A stretch of DNA of 64,000 nt. It comes from the human T2T-CHM13v2.0 reference genome, Homo sapiens. The stretch is taken from the NCBI RefSeq assembly GCF_009914755.1, contig NC_060929.1; one strand, given 5' to 3'. This document shows, piece after piece, positions 1 to 14,611 of this stretch. Numbering within the stretch: position 1 is the first letter of the stretch; the number at the start of each line of letters is the position of its first letter. The translations under genes and the position numbers were made by a program. Below the pieces are notes generated by a model that saw only the letters and a program-made list of their open reading frames with translations, did not search any database and was not told the DNA's origin.

Positions 1-139
1 AAATTTTGTGATTTTCTTCATATAGGTTTTATAGTTTTTACATTAGGCTAATTTCTAAGTATTGTTGCTATTGTGAATAAGGTCTACTTTTCTTTTTTTT
101 TTTTAAATAGCTGATCTTTAGAGATATTATAATAGTCTT

Positions 140-350
140 TAAGAATGTATGATCTGAAGCAGACTTTCTGACTTTGTGCACCAGGTCTGCCACTTCCCAG
201 CTTGTAAACTTCTTCAAATTACCTGAATGTCCTTCAATCATAGGTTCTGTAAAATGAGAATAATAATATAATCAATATCATAGGGTTATTGTGAGAATTA
301 AAAGAGTTAATATAGGTTAAGCAATTAGTAAGTTCTTAATAGTATTAGTT
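140..350. mobile_element. MIR relic within old L1M-like sequence
   Basis: MIR core-like ctgtaaaatgagaataataat...tcatagggttattgtgagaattaaa. Confidence 0.7.
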
Positions 351-903
351 GTAATTATTATTAATATAAGTGACAGTAAAAAATAGAACACTCTTGATTT
401 GTGAAGGTTACTCAGCTTGCTTTGTGTTCTTACTGTAGTTCTAATATTTTCTCTTACATTTTCTTAGTAGACAATCATGTCATCTAGAAAATAGTGACAG
501 TTCTGACTCTTTCCACTACTTTTACAGGTGTTATCTGGCTGATAGCCCTGGGACACTGTTAAATAGTAACAATTATGACAGACATTATTATTTTGTTTCT
601 GTTTTTAGTGGGAATGCTGCTAATGTTTCAATATTTGATATTTGTTGTTGACTTCTGAGAGATACTGCTTCATCAGGTTAAGGAAGCTGCCTTTTATCCC
701 AAGATTACTGAGTATTTTTCTATCATGATTGAATATGTTATTTTATTAAATGCTTTAAAAAATTCTGTCATTTTTAAGATCATCTTAAGACAATCACCTT
801 AGGTAAAGAGTTGGCCTAGTTTTCAATTAGACATCCACACTTTTTTCAGCATTTATAACCTCTTCTATTTTCATTTGTTGCTTTAATATTTTTATTTTGG
901 CAG

Positions 904-1166
904 CCTTAATTATTGTCCTTGCTAATGATGACGGCCCTGGAGTTCTATCATTTAACAACAGTGAGCACTTTTTCCTAAGAGAGCCAACAGCTCTCTACGT
1001 CCAGGAGAGTGTTGCAGTATTGTACATTGTTCGGGAACCTGCACAAGGATTGTTTGGAACAGTGACAGTTCAGTTCATTGTGACAGAAGTGAATTCCTCA
1101 AATGAATCTAAAGATCTGACTCCTTCCAAAGGCTATATTGTTTTAGAAGAAGGTGTTCGATTCAAG
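904..1166 (+). CDS. ADGRV1: ADGRV1 coding exon A (~exon 43), Calx-beta
   Basis: ttggcag|cc acceptor, AAG|gtacag donor; 263 nt, phase 1 to 0; LIIVLANDDGPGVLSF...DLTPSKGYIVLEEGVRFK is Calx-beta-like. Confidence 0.96.
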
Positions 1167-1744
1167 GTACAGTAAGAAGCTTTAATGAGAATGGAAGTTT
1201 ATCTTTAATATTTACAAAATAAATTTCTCTTAGATGAGCACTCAAGTCCTAGAATGAAAAAACAATACTTCCAGCTTAGGTGTTAGACAAAGACATGATT
1301 CATTTACTATGTGACAAGTGCTGTAGTTCTATTTACTCTGTATAAAGCGCAACTGGAAAAATTTACTATTAATAGGGTAAAAGAATATGCAAATAATAAA
1401 GAAAATATATGTATGGCTATTTTAAATTTTCAGCACATTTAAATTGCATATGTCACTTTATATTGTGTATAAACCATATAAAAGAAAACCCAAGCCAACT
1501 TTTGTAAACATTAAGTCCCAGCCAATCATTTCCCTTTCACCACATTTTTGTTGAACAAAATGTAACTGCTTACTTCAGACTGCTTGTTTGACAACAAGAA
1601 TAGTTTATTGGAGAAAAAAATGCTGGATTTGGGATAAATATGATCTATACTCACAGTTTACCTTCCCAAACCTCTTTTTCTATATATTAACAATTTTCTG
1701 TTCCTGCTACTAAACTTTATTTTTTAAAACAGTTTAAGTTTAAA

Positions 1745-1838
1745 ATGCAGCACACCAACATGGCACATGTACACATATGTAACAAACCTGCATGTTGTGC
1801 ACATGTACCCTAGAACTTAAAGTATAATAAAAAAAAAA
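1745..1838 (+). mobile_element. Very short 5'-truncated L1PA 3' end with poly(A)
   Basis: cacaccaacatggcacatg...aacaaacctgcatgttgtgcacatgtaccctagaacttaaagtataataaaaa matches the L1PA 3' terminus. Confidence 0.9.
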
Positions 1839-1869
1839 GCAATTTGCAAGATTATGTTGCAAATGTGAT

Positions 1870-2386
1870 TTTTTTTTTTTTTTTTTTTGAGGCAGAGTCT
1901 CACTCTGTCATCCAGGCTGGAGTTCAGTGGCGCAATCTAGGTTTACTGCAAACTCCACCTCCCAGGTTCAAGTGATTCTGGAGTGCAGTGACGCGATCTC
2001 AGCTCACTGCAAGCTCTGCCTTCCGGGTTCATGCCATTCTCCTGCCTCGGCCTCCTGAGTGGCTACAGGCGCCCACCACTACAGGCGCCCACCATCATGT
2101 CTGGCTAATTTTTTGTATTTTTAGTAGAGACGGGGTTTCACCGTGTTAGCCAGGATGGTCTCGATCTCCTGACCTCGTGATCCGCCCGCCTCAGCCTCCC
2201 AAAGTGCTGGGATTACAGGCATGAGCCACCACGCCCAGCTATTCCCAGCTAATTTTTTGTATTTTTAGTAAAAATGGGGTTTCACCATATTGGCCAGTCT
2301 GGTCCCAAACTCCTGGTGCCAAGTGATCTGCCCGCCTCAACCTCCCAAAGTGTTGGGATTAAAGGCATGAACCACTGTGCCGGGCC
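1870..2386 (-). mobile_element. Chimeric Alu (AluS-like host with internal tailless AluY-like copy)
   Basis: poly(T), partial right arm, second Alu 1978-2240, then a left arm; TSD tgtgatt at 1864 and 2387. Confidence 0.9.
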
Positions 2387-2404
2387 TGTGATTATTTTGA
2401 CTCA

Positions 2405-2850
2405 TTTTTTATTGTGGAAAAATACGTGTAATATAAGATTTACCATTTTCACCATTTTTAGTGAACGTTTCAGTGGCATTAATTATATTCACAGCAATGT
2501 ACAACCATCACCACCATCTATTTCCAAAATTTTTCATCATTCCAAGGACAAACTCTGTGCCCATTAAGTAGTAACTCCCTATTACTCCTCTCCCTAGTAA
2601 TCTCCAGTCTACTTTCTGTCTCTATGAATTTGCCTATTCTAGATATTTCGCATATGTGAAATTATACAGTATTTACCCTTTTGTGTCTGACTTCCTTCGC
2701 TTAGCAAAATGTTTTCAAGGTGCATCTGTGTTGTTACAGGTATCAGAACTTCATTCCCTTTTCACAGCTAGATTATATTTTATTGTATGTATATACCGTA
2801 ATTTTTAAATCCAGCTATCTGTTGTTTCCACCTTTTGACTCTTGTCAATA
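2405..2850 (-). mobile_element. L1MB-like 3' end
   Basis: cagtggcattaattatattcac...ctactttctgtctctatgaatttgcctattctagatattt. Confidence 0.8.
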
Positions 2851-3492
2851 AAGCTCCTATTATTGTGAAAATAAAATAAAATAAAATAGCTGATTATGTT
2901 AGCTTTAGGCATTTTTCAAGCCTGCTGTAGAAAATATAATAAATCTAAAATAATAGATTTAAAGCTATTTTGTCTAAAACAGTCCATCTAATAATTATTT
3001 TTTTAAATGATCATTTTATGTAACTTCAGCACATTTGCAAATGCATATTCATTGTCATGGTTTTTTTTCACATTTTGGAAATTTAAAACCTTAATTGGTT
3101 TGTGCAAGATCACTTACATTTAAATCTTGAAATATATATATAAAAATTCAAATTTGAAATATTTTATTAATTTTCTATTGCTTTATTCATGTTTTTTCAT
3201 CTTTAAAATTTTTCTCAAATTTGTTGTTTTTTTTTACTGTGACTTTTTTCATAAAAGACTCCTTTTTCACAGTATAGCTATATACTTTTCTTTTTATTAG
3301 GCAAATTAAATGTTAGAGCAAATTGGATTAAATAAATTTTTTAACCGACATAACTGTTTTTATTCCAAAAAGTTTTTATTTTGAGGTATAAGTAGTAAAA
3401 TACACAAATCTTAAGTATATGGCTTAGTGACTGTAAAGATATATATATACATACATGTAACTACCACTCAGATTAAAATATTTAACATTAAA

Positions 3493-3757
3493 GCTGGGCG
3501 TAGTGGCACACGCCTGTAATCTTCCGGGGGCTAGGCGGGCGGATCACTTGAGGTCAGGAGTTCGAGACCAGCCTGGCCAACATAGTGAAACCCTATCTCT
3601 ACCAAAAATACAAAAACTAGCTGGGTGTAGTGGTGTGTACCTGAATGGTACTCAGGAGGCTGAGGCAGGAGAATAACTTGAACTTGGGAGGTGGAGGTTG
3701 CAGTGAACAGAGTGCCACTGCATTTCAGCCTGGGTGACAGCACAAGACTCTGTCTCA

Positions 3758-3800
<43 letters not shown>

Positions 3801-3801
3801 A
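3493..3801 (+). mobile_element. AluS-like with (TAAA)n tail, inside an old L1M (~3370-4120)
   Basis: Alu motifs with internal deletions; TSD tatttaacatta on both sides. Confidence 0.9.
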
Positions 3802-4483
3802 TGTATTTAACATTATCATCACCCGGAAGATTCCCCCTGTCTCTTCCCCTTTCCAGAGGAAACTACTTTCTGATTTCTATCATTGAAGACTCATTTTGCT
3901 GGTTCTTGAGCTTCATATAAATAGAATCATACAGTGTGTACTCTTTTGTGTCTGGCTTCTTTCACTCAATATAATGTTTAGGTCTGTATGGTTGCATGCA
4001 TCAGTAGTTGGACATTTTTTTTAATCACTGAGTAGCATTTTATAAAATAGACCACTATTGGTTTGTCTGTTCTCCCACTGATGAACGTTCGGATGTTTCT
4101 AATTTGTGCCTGCTATGACTACAAATGTTTTTTTAACAGTGAACCCTAGATTAGAATGAGATTAATCAAGTTATGTAGCCAGAGCAGGACAAAAAGTTCA
4201 CAAAAATGAAGACATAGATGTAATTTTTAATCAATGTTATTTTAAAATGCACTAAATATTTTTTGGACACTTTAGTGCAGTATATCACAAAGTTGAAAAT
4301 CCTAAAAGTAGTAACCTGAAACAGATGTAACCATCACATTATAGGAATCAGTATTAAATCAAAGTGAGATGATATTTTTCAAAACATGCTATTTTGTTGT
4401 CAGAAATGTTCAGTAGATTTCGCTATATATGTGTTACAAAAATACTGTATTCTAGTAACCTTATCTTTTGATTTTGTTTTCAG

Positions 4484-4659
4484 GCCCTACAAATATCTGC
4501 CATATTAGACACGGAACCAGAAATGGATGAGTATTTTGTTTGCACCTTGTTTAATCCAACTGGAGGTGCTAGACTAGGGGTGCATGTTCAAACCCTGATA
4601 ACAGTTTTGCAAAACCAGGCCCCTTTGGGGCTATTCAGTATCTCTGCAGTTGAAAATAG
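4484..4659 (+). CDS. ADGRV1: ADGRV1 coding exon B (~44), Calx-beta
   Basis: ttttcag|GCC, AG|gtatag; 176 nt, phase 0 to 2; ALQISAILDTEPEMDEYFVCTLFNPTGGARLG...; absent from the ORF track. Confidence 0.96.
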
Positions 4660-5370
4660 GTATAGTTTATTCATAAGGAAATTATCACTTCTGAAGCTAT
4701 AAGTAGGGAATATTTTTTGACATAAGAAAATGCAGAAGGAAATTGATATCTGATTATTTTAAAAGGGATTTTTAAAATGAACTCTAGAAAAGATAGGTCT
4801 AGAGAGACCAGTTACTCTCCTAACTGGGAGTATCAAAAACCTAAACTCACCCTGTTATTAGAATGGTGTTATTAGAATTCTTATTTTCTCAGAGTTCACA
4901 CTTTCAGGTAAAGGTCTGTACTATTTTGTGTTTTAAAAATAATAAAAAGCAAGAAATAATAGAAAGCAGACTTAACTGCTCAAACCAAGTGAATGACTCT
5001 TCAAATATATATTAACATGATTGTGGTTTTAAAATTTCTTCTAGAGGCTGACAAATATTTATTTTTTATATCATAAAAATATTTTAATAGATCTAGTTTC
5101 ATTAATATGTTAATTTCCTGACTCATTTTTTTCCTATAAAGTGTTTTTGATACATGTGTGAAGAAACATAAGAATGACAATTTTATTTCTTTTTCAGAAT
5201 ATAGAGTGCAAAGTTACTGAAGTAACTGATTTTTAGTATTTTCTTATCATCTCATCTTGGATTGTGTAAATTTAAAAATGTATTAAGTATATGCTAGCAA
5301 TATGATATATATTTCAAATATGTAGAATGTATACTTTTTCTGCTTCCCTCAATCCATGTATTTCTTTCAG

Positions 5371-5495
5371 AGCCACCTCCATAGACATCGAAGAAGCCAA
5401 TAGGACCGTGTATTTAAATGTATCTCGAACTAATGGCATTGATTTGGCTGTGAGTGTGCAGTGGGAGACAGTATCTGAAACAGCCTTTGGCATGA
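5371..5495 (+). CDS. ADGRV1: ADGRV1 coding exon C (~45), N-terminal half of a Calx-beta domain
   Basis: tttcag|A, ATGA|gtatgt; 125 nt, phase 2 to 1; ATSIDIEEANRTVYLNVSRTNGIDLAVSVQWETVSETAFGM. Confidence 0.95.
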
Positions 5496-5650
5496 GTATG
5501 TTTCATTTCTTATGAGAACAAAATTCTGTAACGAAAAAATATTGCATGTATAAGATTTATATTTTTTCCTTTGAATTGTATGTTATTGATCATTTGAAAA
5601 TGGAAAACAGATAATCTAATTCTTTTATTGCATCTATAAATATGTGTTGA

Positions 5651-7860
<2,210 letters not shown>

Positions 7861-8691
7861 CCAAAAAAGAAAGTCTGGTTTCTAATTTAGATTTCTGCAT
7901 TACGCTTGGACTTTGCATGTGTTTTTTGGAAGTACTCATGAGAGCACATGTCGGAGATTCTTAATTGTTAGCAGTCATTGCTTATTCTTCATTTGTGGTC
8001 GTCTTGAATTATTGTAGAGAAGGATTTGTCCATATGTCAGGACCATTTGGGACTCTAAATGAAAAATCTGCAGTATACCTTTAAAAGGGAGCAACATAAA
8101 AATTTAAAATGCTGGATTTTTAGGAAAGGAAATTGCTATTGGATATTACATGTAAGGCATTGACAAATTCTCTTGAATTAGTAATCTAAAAATGATCAAT
8201 CATTTATAGGGAGCCCAGGTTTCAACCTTGATAGTTGTTCTTACTGCATCATGTTCACACCATTAACCAAAATTTAAAAAGAACTTAATGTTTTGGAGGG
8301 AAGCAGCCATGTTAAGAGACTATACATTTTTTAAAAAATGTTTACTCCTCATTAGTTAGGGGATTTTTATTTTTGCCCTTTTTTTTTCTTTTTTTTTGTA
8401 GTACAGAATTTTAAAACATGTACCAGTTGTAGCAGTTTGATAAAACCTTGACAGCCATTTGAAATATGTGAGTCTGCTTGGCATTCTTAAAATGTATAAA
8501 ATGTAAGTGAAAAATTAGATAGGCATAATTTCAAATTTAATAGCGTAAATTTTTTAAACCAAATATCATATTTCTATAAAAAGTATTTATTATTATAAAA
8601 TTTCTCAGTTATATTTTCATCAGCTTTACAGAAGTTGATAAAAATCATGTTCTGCATATTTCCCTTTAAAATATACATTTAGTATTTATTT

Positions 8692-9026
<335 letters not shown>

Positions 9027-9286
9027 TAGGTATAAAGCAGAGCTTTAACAAATTTTCTTGGTTTTTAAATAATAATTTAAAAATATTCTTATTTGTAGTA
9101 CAAATTCATTATTTGTAGTTATTTTAAAGTTTTCCCACTTGTGTCTTTTCACACTCATACACACGTCATGAAAGAATTTTCATTTGTAGTCACAAATGCA
9201 CTTGTCTCATTGTTTAAACAATAAATTAGAATAGATAAGTTTTTGAAGGAGTAATAAACTAGTAAACCATGATTTGTGTTTTTCAG

Positions 9287-9444
9287 GGGGAATGGATGTT
9301 GTGTTTTCCGTATTTCAAAGTTTTTTGGATGAATCAGCTTCTGGCTGGTGTTTCTTTACTTTGGAAAATTTAATATATGGTATAATGTTAAGAAAATCAT
9401 CTGTTACTGTTTACCGATGGCAGGGGATTTTTATTCCAGTTGAG
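9287..9444 (+). CDS. ADGRV1: ADGRV1 coding exon D (~46), EAR/EPTP region
   Basis: tttcag|GG, GAG|gtaaac; 158 nt, phase 1 to 0; GMDVVFSVFQSF...VTVYRWQGIFIPVE. Confidence 0.95.
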
Positions 9445-9540
9445 GTAAACATCAGTATTTTTTTATAGTACAAAAATAAAATGTGCAGATAAATTTTAGA
9501 TGTATAATGAATAACTGTATTCTTATTCCTCATTTTCTAG

Positions 9541-9687
9541 GATTTAAATATAGAAAATCCTAAAACTTGTGAGGCCTTTAATATTGGTTTTTCTCCCTAC
9601 TTTGTGATTACTCATGAAGAAAGAAATGAAGAAAAGCCTTCTCTTAACAGTGTGTTTACATTCACATCTGGATTTAAATTATTCCTG
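9541..9687 (+). CDS. ADGRV1: ADGRV1 coding exon E (~47), EAR repeat
   Basis: ttctag|GAT, CTG|gtaaaa; 147 nt, phase 0-0; DLNIENPKTCEAFNIGFSPYFVITH...FTSGFKLFL; preceded by a 96-nt intron. Confidence 0.94.
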
Positions 9688-10003
9688 GTAAAAACATTTT
9701 CATTTTTAAATAGATTACTTTCTTTAAAAGAAATTAAGATTTGTAAGATTGTTCAAATTGGAAGATAATGTATGTTTTATGTTAATGTGAAAAAGGACTT
9801 TTTGTGAGTTGATATACATTTTAGCAAAGTATCTTAATCCGGGGATATTTTTGTCTTTTTAAAATGACACTTAGTTATGTGTAGCTTGGTATTAAAATTT
9901 TTTAAGTCTTGCACTTCAGATTTTAACTCATGCTATTAGTGTGTTCAGTGGCTTTCTTAGTTCAACTCTCCTTTAAGTTTTCATTCCCACTCTGTCCTTG
10001 CAG

Positions 10004-10111
10004 GTACAAACAATCATTATTCTGGAAAGTTCTCAAGTAAGATATTTTACTTCAGACAGCCAAGATTATTTAATCATTGCAAGTCAAAGAGATGATTCCG
10101 AATTAACTCAG
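10004..10111 (+). CDS. ADGRV1: ADGRV1 coding exon F (~48), EAR repeat
   Basis: ttgcag|GTA, CAG|gtttga; 108 nt, phase 0-0; VQTIIILESSQVRYFTSDSQDYLIIASQRDDSELTQ. Confidence 0.93.
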
Positions 10112-11105
10112 GTTTGATTCTTTTAAAATGAAGTGGGTTTTTTTTTGCTTTTCTTTTTAACATTATAATTGAAATTTACCAAAGGTATGGTCTGCTGGTT
10201 TAGTATAAAAGAAAACCAAAATTTGATTGTGGTAAAGTAGAATGTAAAGACTGGTTAGTTAAAAGTTAATTTTTAAATACCAGAGTCATAAAATGTTATA
10301 TTATCTTCAAGAGCCAAGGATAATGTAACAATAAAAATGAACATTTAATTAGAATTTAACTGAATTGCAAAACATTGTGGAGAAACATCACACAGCCAGA
10401 CAGAGTATCACTAAAAATTCATGATTAGCATTGCCACACAGGCATTCAGTATCACCTCAGAAATCCCACATTTCTTTAGTAAACTAGATCTTGTAATTCT
10501 AGTAATGCTTATTTGATAACTTTTGTCACTCCTTAAACTTCCATACATGCTTCACAATTCCATTTTCAGCTAATTCCCTTGTTGAAGTGAAAGCTACCAA
10601 AAGGGGTATTATTCATTTTCCCAACACCAAATTCAAAAACCCACTTGAAACCCAATCTTAGTCCTCATTCCTGCTACGACAGAGAAAGTGTCCCTTCTAA
10701 AAAGCCAGGCCTCTCACATAAGTGCCCACCTTGTCCTTATAAGGTTTAGCTATTCCCTCCATCTCTGACATCTCTCTCTCTATTTGGTTACTACAATCAG
10801 CCTAAATGTTCTAGCTTCACCCAGCTTAAAAAGAAATTCCTCCCTTGATCTCATTCCCTTCTAGTTTTCATTTCATTTCCTTTCTCCCTTCTATAGTAAG
10901 ACATCCTGAAAGAATTTTCTACTTGTTTTGTCTTTACTTCCCCGTGCTCACCAATGACAACTGCATTACCAGATCCAGTGGGTGTTTTTCTGTGTAATCA
11001 TTATACATTCCACCAGCATGTGACAGTCACCTCATCCTCAAATATAAATCTTACCTTGCTTTCTAACACACTACACAAATTTTCCTTTTCCCTTTCTCTC
11101 TCTGG

Positions 11106-11108
<3 letters not shown>

Positions 11109-11138
<30 letters not shown>
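11109..11138. repeat. (TG)15 microsatellite
   Basis: Read directly. Confidence 0.97.
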
Positions 11139-11139
<1 letters not shown>

Positions 11140-11553
11140 TCCTTCTCAGTCCCCATTGCCAGTTCCTCTTCCCTTTCGTAAACTTAGATGTCTTGGAGTT
11201 TTCCAGAAAGATTCACTTATAGTTCAAATTTCTTTTTTCTTTCTCTTCACTCACTTGGATACTTTTATCAATCCTGTGGTTTTAAATATCAGCAATAGGC
11301 TAGCGTATTTTAAATTATATCTGTAGCCTTTCCTCTGTATTCCAGGCCTACATACCTAACTGCCTATTGACATGTTCACTTAAATATATTTTTGGTACAT
11401 AATATTTAACATATCCCAAACTGAACCTTTGATTTCCACTATGAAACTTGTTACTTCAGTGCTAGCTTTCATCTCAGGAAATAGCAACCCCACGAACTCA
11501 GTTGCTTAGGACAGAATCCTGGGATATTTCTTCCTTGATTACTCCTTTTTATT

Positions 11554-11764
11554 AGTGGGGGGGATGGGGTCTGGCTCTGTGGCCCAGGCTTGAGTGCAGT
11601 GCCATGATCACAGGTCACTATAGCCTTGACCTCCTGGGCTCTGGTGATCCTCCTACCTTAGCCTCCCGGGTGGCTGGGTCAACAGGCGTGTGTCACCACA
11701 CCTGGCTGATTTTTTGTATTTTGTAGAGATGGGATTTCACCATGTTTCTCAGGCTGGTCTTGAA
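11554..11764 (-). mobile_element. 5'-truncated AluJ-like within L2 relic (~10550-12560)
   Basis: Right arm plus partial left arm; TSD ttactcctttttatt on both sides. Confidence 0.85.
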
Positions 11765-12075
11765 CTTACTCCTTTTTATTCTTTCACATCGAGTTTATCA
11801 TTAAGTATTTTTGATTATATGTGTCAATAAGTGAAGACATTTTGTCTCTACTCCTCCCTACTCCAGGTCCCCATTATTTCTCTTCCACACCATTATAGTG
11901 TCCTCCTAGCTGTTCTCTGAATTTCCTTGACCTCCTCAGATCCATTCTCCATTGAGTAACTGGAGGCATTTTTTAAAAATATTAATTGACTAATGTTATT
12001 TCTGATTTTAAAACCACTCAATGATTTGCAATTATACTTAGAATAAATTTGAAATTATTTAATATGGGCTTAACA

Positions 12076-12205
12076 TAGGATAGCTATATTTCCTGATTTG
12101 CCTTGGAAAGTACTGGATTATGCCTGTTCTGGTATTGTTATTAATATTGCCCCTTTCACTCTTTAAAGGATCCCTGTTTAGGTGATTAATTATATGGTCA
12201 TCCTA
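12076..12205. mobile_element. MER94-like hAT-Blackjack MITE
   Basis: Terminal inverted repeats taggatagctata...tatatggtcatccta, ~130 bp, internal ttattaatattgcccctttcactct. Confidence 0.7.
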
Positions 12206-13123
12206 ATGGAAGGTACTCCATGATGATCTTACCTCTCCAGCCTTAACTCTCATCATTCTCCCAGCACTATCAGATTCCTTCCAGTCTTTATTCAGATAAT
12301 GACAAATTTTTTCTGTCTTAAGAACTTTGTCATGTTGTTCCTTCTAACTTGATTTCCCAAATACCTTCATAATTCTCTATCAGACCATCCTAATTGTCAT
12401 CTTCAGTACTTGACTCATTTTATACTTATACATTGACTTAATTATTGATATGTTTCTTGTTTACCTTTTCCTAATAGTTAATAAGATCCATAAAGGGAAA
12501 GGTCGCTGTATCCATAGTTCTTAGCATAATGTCTGTGGCTCAAAAGTTCCTAATTGTTGACTGAATAAGTATAATTTTCTGTGACATTGACCAGCTTGCC
12601 TTCAGGTAGGGTCTGAATTTTAATTTTGCATTTATGAACACTTACCCTGAAAACTTGCATACGTTGACTGCCACCATGGGGACAGAAAGGATTTAGGTGT
12701 TTCTCTGTATTCTATTGCTCGAGCAATTGATAATAATATTGCAGCATTAGAATGTTTCTTATTCCGTTCTAAATTTTTCATATGTAGTGTATTTCCTGGT
12801 TTTAGCTTTCCCTTTCCCTGCTGTCAACAACCCTTACCCAGATGTACATTTGATACTGATTTCTTTTCAAATATCTTCTCTTTCATTCACTCTGTGTGTG
12901 TGTATGTGTACTTATGTGCATAGACATATATGTGCACACTCACACAGATTAGATAAGGGAGAGAGCAGCAAGGGAGCATCAGTTTTAGTATTTTCTTATT
13001 TATGAAAGTATCTTTTTAACTAAATAAAAGGATCCAAGAGAGTAAACATATGGTATTGATTACATTCTTGCAAGTGCTAAATTCCTAGTCATAAAGGGTT
13101 TTGTATTTCAACATTTCCTTCAG

Positions 13124-13388
13124 GTCTTCAGGTGGAATGGAGGAAGCTTCGTGTTGCATCAAAAACTCCCTGTCCGAGGTGTGCTGACCGTGGCCTTGTT
13201 CAACAAGGGAGGCTCTGTGTTCTTAGCCATTTCCCAGGCTAATGCCAGGCTAAACTCCCTTTTATTCAGATGGTCTGGCAGTGGGTTTATTAACTTTCAA
13301 GAGGTGCCTGTCAGTGGGACAACAGAAGTTGAGGCTTTGTCTTCAGCCAATGATATTTACCTAATATTTGCCGAAAATGTCTTTCTAG
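13124..13388 (+). CDS. ADGRV1: ADGRV1 coding exon G (~49), EAR repeats
   Basis: cttcag|GTC, CTAG|gtgaga; 265 nt, phase 0 to 1; VFRWNGGSFVLHQKL and LFRWSGSGFINFQEV are EPTP-type motifs. Confidence 0.96.
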
Positions 13389-14096
13389 GTGAGAAGATAA
13401 AGTATTTGTAGTGTATATATAATTATTGAAATCATCTAGCATTCATATGGTATATTTTATATGAAAATGCTCTTGCAATAATTTTTTACTAATCCATAGA
13501 ATATTTCTTGATAGATAAGTATTAATTGTCAGCTGTAAATGGATTTTTGAGAAATATTTAAGCATTATACCCCTAATCTTGTGTTCTGACTACTACCTGA
13601 AAGTTATATGAAAACAAAATTGGAAGTAGGTAGGTAAAGTTGAAAGATACATGAATATTTTATACGCAGGATGCAAACAAGTAACTTTTTATATGTATTT
13701 ACTTGATGTGCCATGAATAATTTATAGTATTAGTAAATAATGTTCAGAACTTTTTATAAGACTCTTTCAGAATATTCTTGGAAGGAAAATTTGCTTTCTG
13801 CTGCTGAGTAGAACTTTCATGGGTAAAATTGCAACATTCCTAAAAAAATTAAAAAAAATTGTCCTTGTTCTTTCTTTAACATTATATCATGGTTAATGAC
13901 TAATAATGTATTCCCGTCATGCAGTAAATGCAAAAAGACTTTTGAAGTACTTCCTATTAACTTGTATTTTTATTGGACTAAATGGATTCTGAGGAAATTT
14001 GTTTCTTGATATTTTTATTATAGTTTTATTATGTAATTTTGTCATTTTTTTCTGTAACTTTTGCATTAAGATTTGACTTCTATTTCATTATTGCAG

Positions 14097-14219
14097 GAGA
14101 TCAGAATTCAATTGATATTTTCATCTGGGAGATGGGACAGTCTTCCTTCAGGTATTTTCAGTCTGTAGATTTTGCTGCTGTTAACAGAATCCACTCCTTC
14201 ACACCAGCCTCAGGAATAG
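14097..14219 (+). CDS. ADGRV1: ADGRV1 coding exon H (~50), EAR repeat
   Basis: ttgcag|GA, ATAG|gtaagg; 123 nt, phase 1-1; DQNSIDIFIWEMGQSSFRYFQSV. Confidence 0.96.
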
Positions 14220-14324
14220 GTAAGGACTTTTCAACTGCTCACCAATTCTAAAGGTAGTATGGAAAGCCAGAATGATTTTAATCTCATTGATTTAGATTTA
14301 GTATCACATTGCCAGACACTGGGT

Positions 14325-14611
14325 ATTTTTTTTTTTTTGGAGATGGGGTCTAGCTGTGTTGCCCAGGCTGGAGTGCAGTGGGGCAATCTCTGCTCACTGC
14401 AAGCTCCGCCTCCCAGGTTCCGCTATTCTCCTGCCTCAGTCTCCCCAGTAGCTGGGACTACAGGCGTCCGCCACCATGTCTGGCTAATTTTTTTGTATTT
14501 TTAGTAGAGACGGGGTTTCACCGTGTTAGCCAGGATGGTCTTGATCTCCTGACCTTGTGATCCGCCCACCCAAAGTGCTGGGATTATAGGCGTGAGCCAC
14601 CACGCCCAGCC
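14325..14611 (-). mobile_element. AluY-like
   Basis: ccgtgttagccaggatggtc, ctgcaagctccgcc; TSD gac(a/t)ctgggtatttt. Confidence 0.92.
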
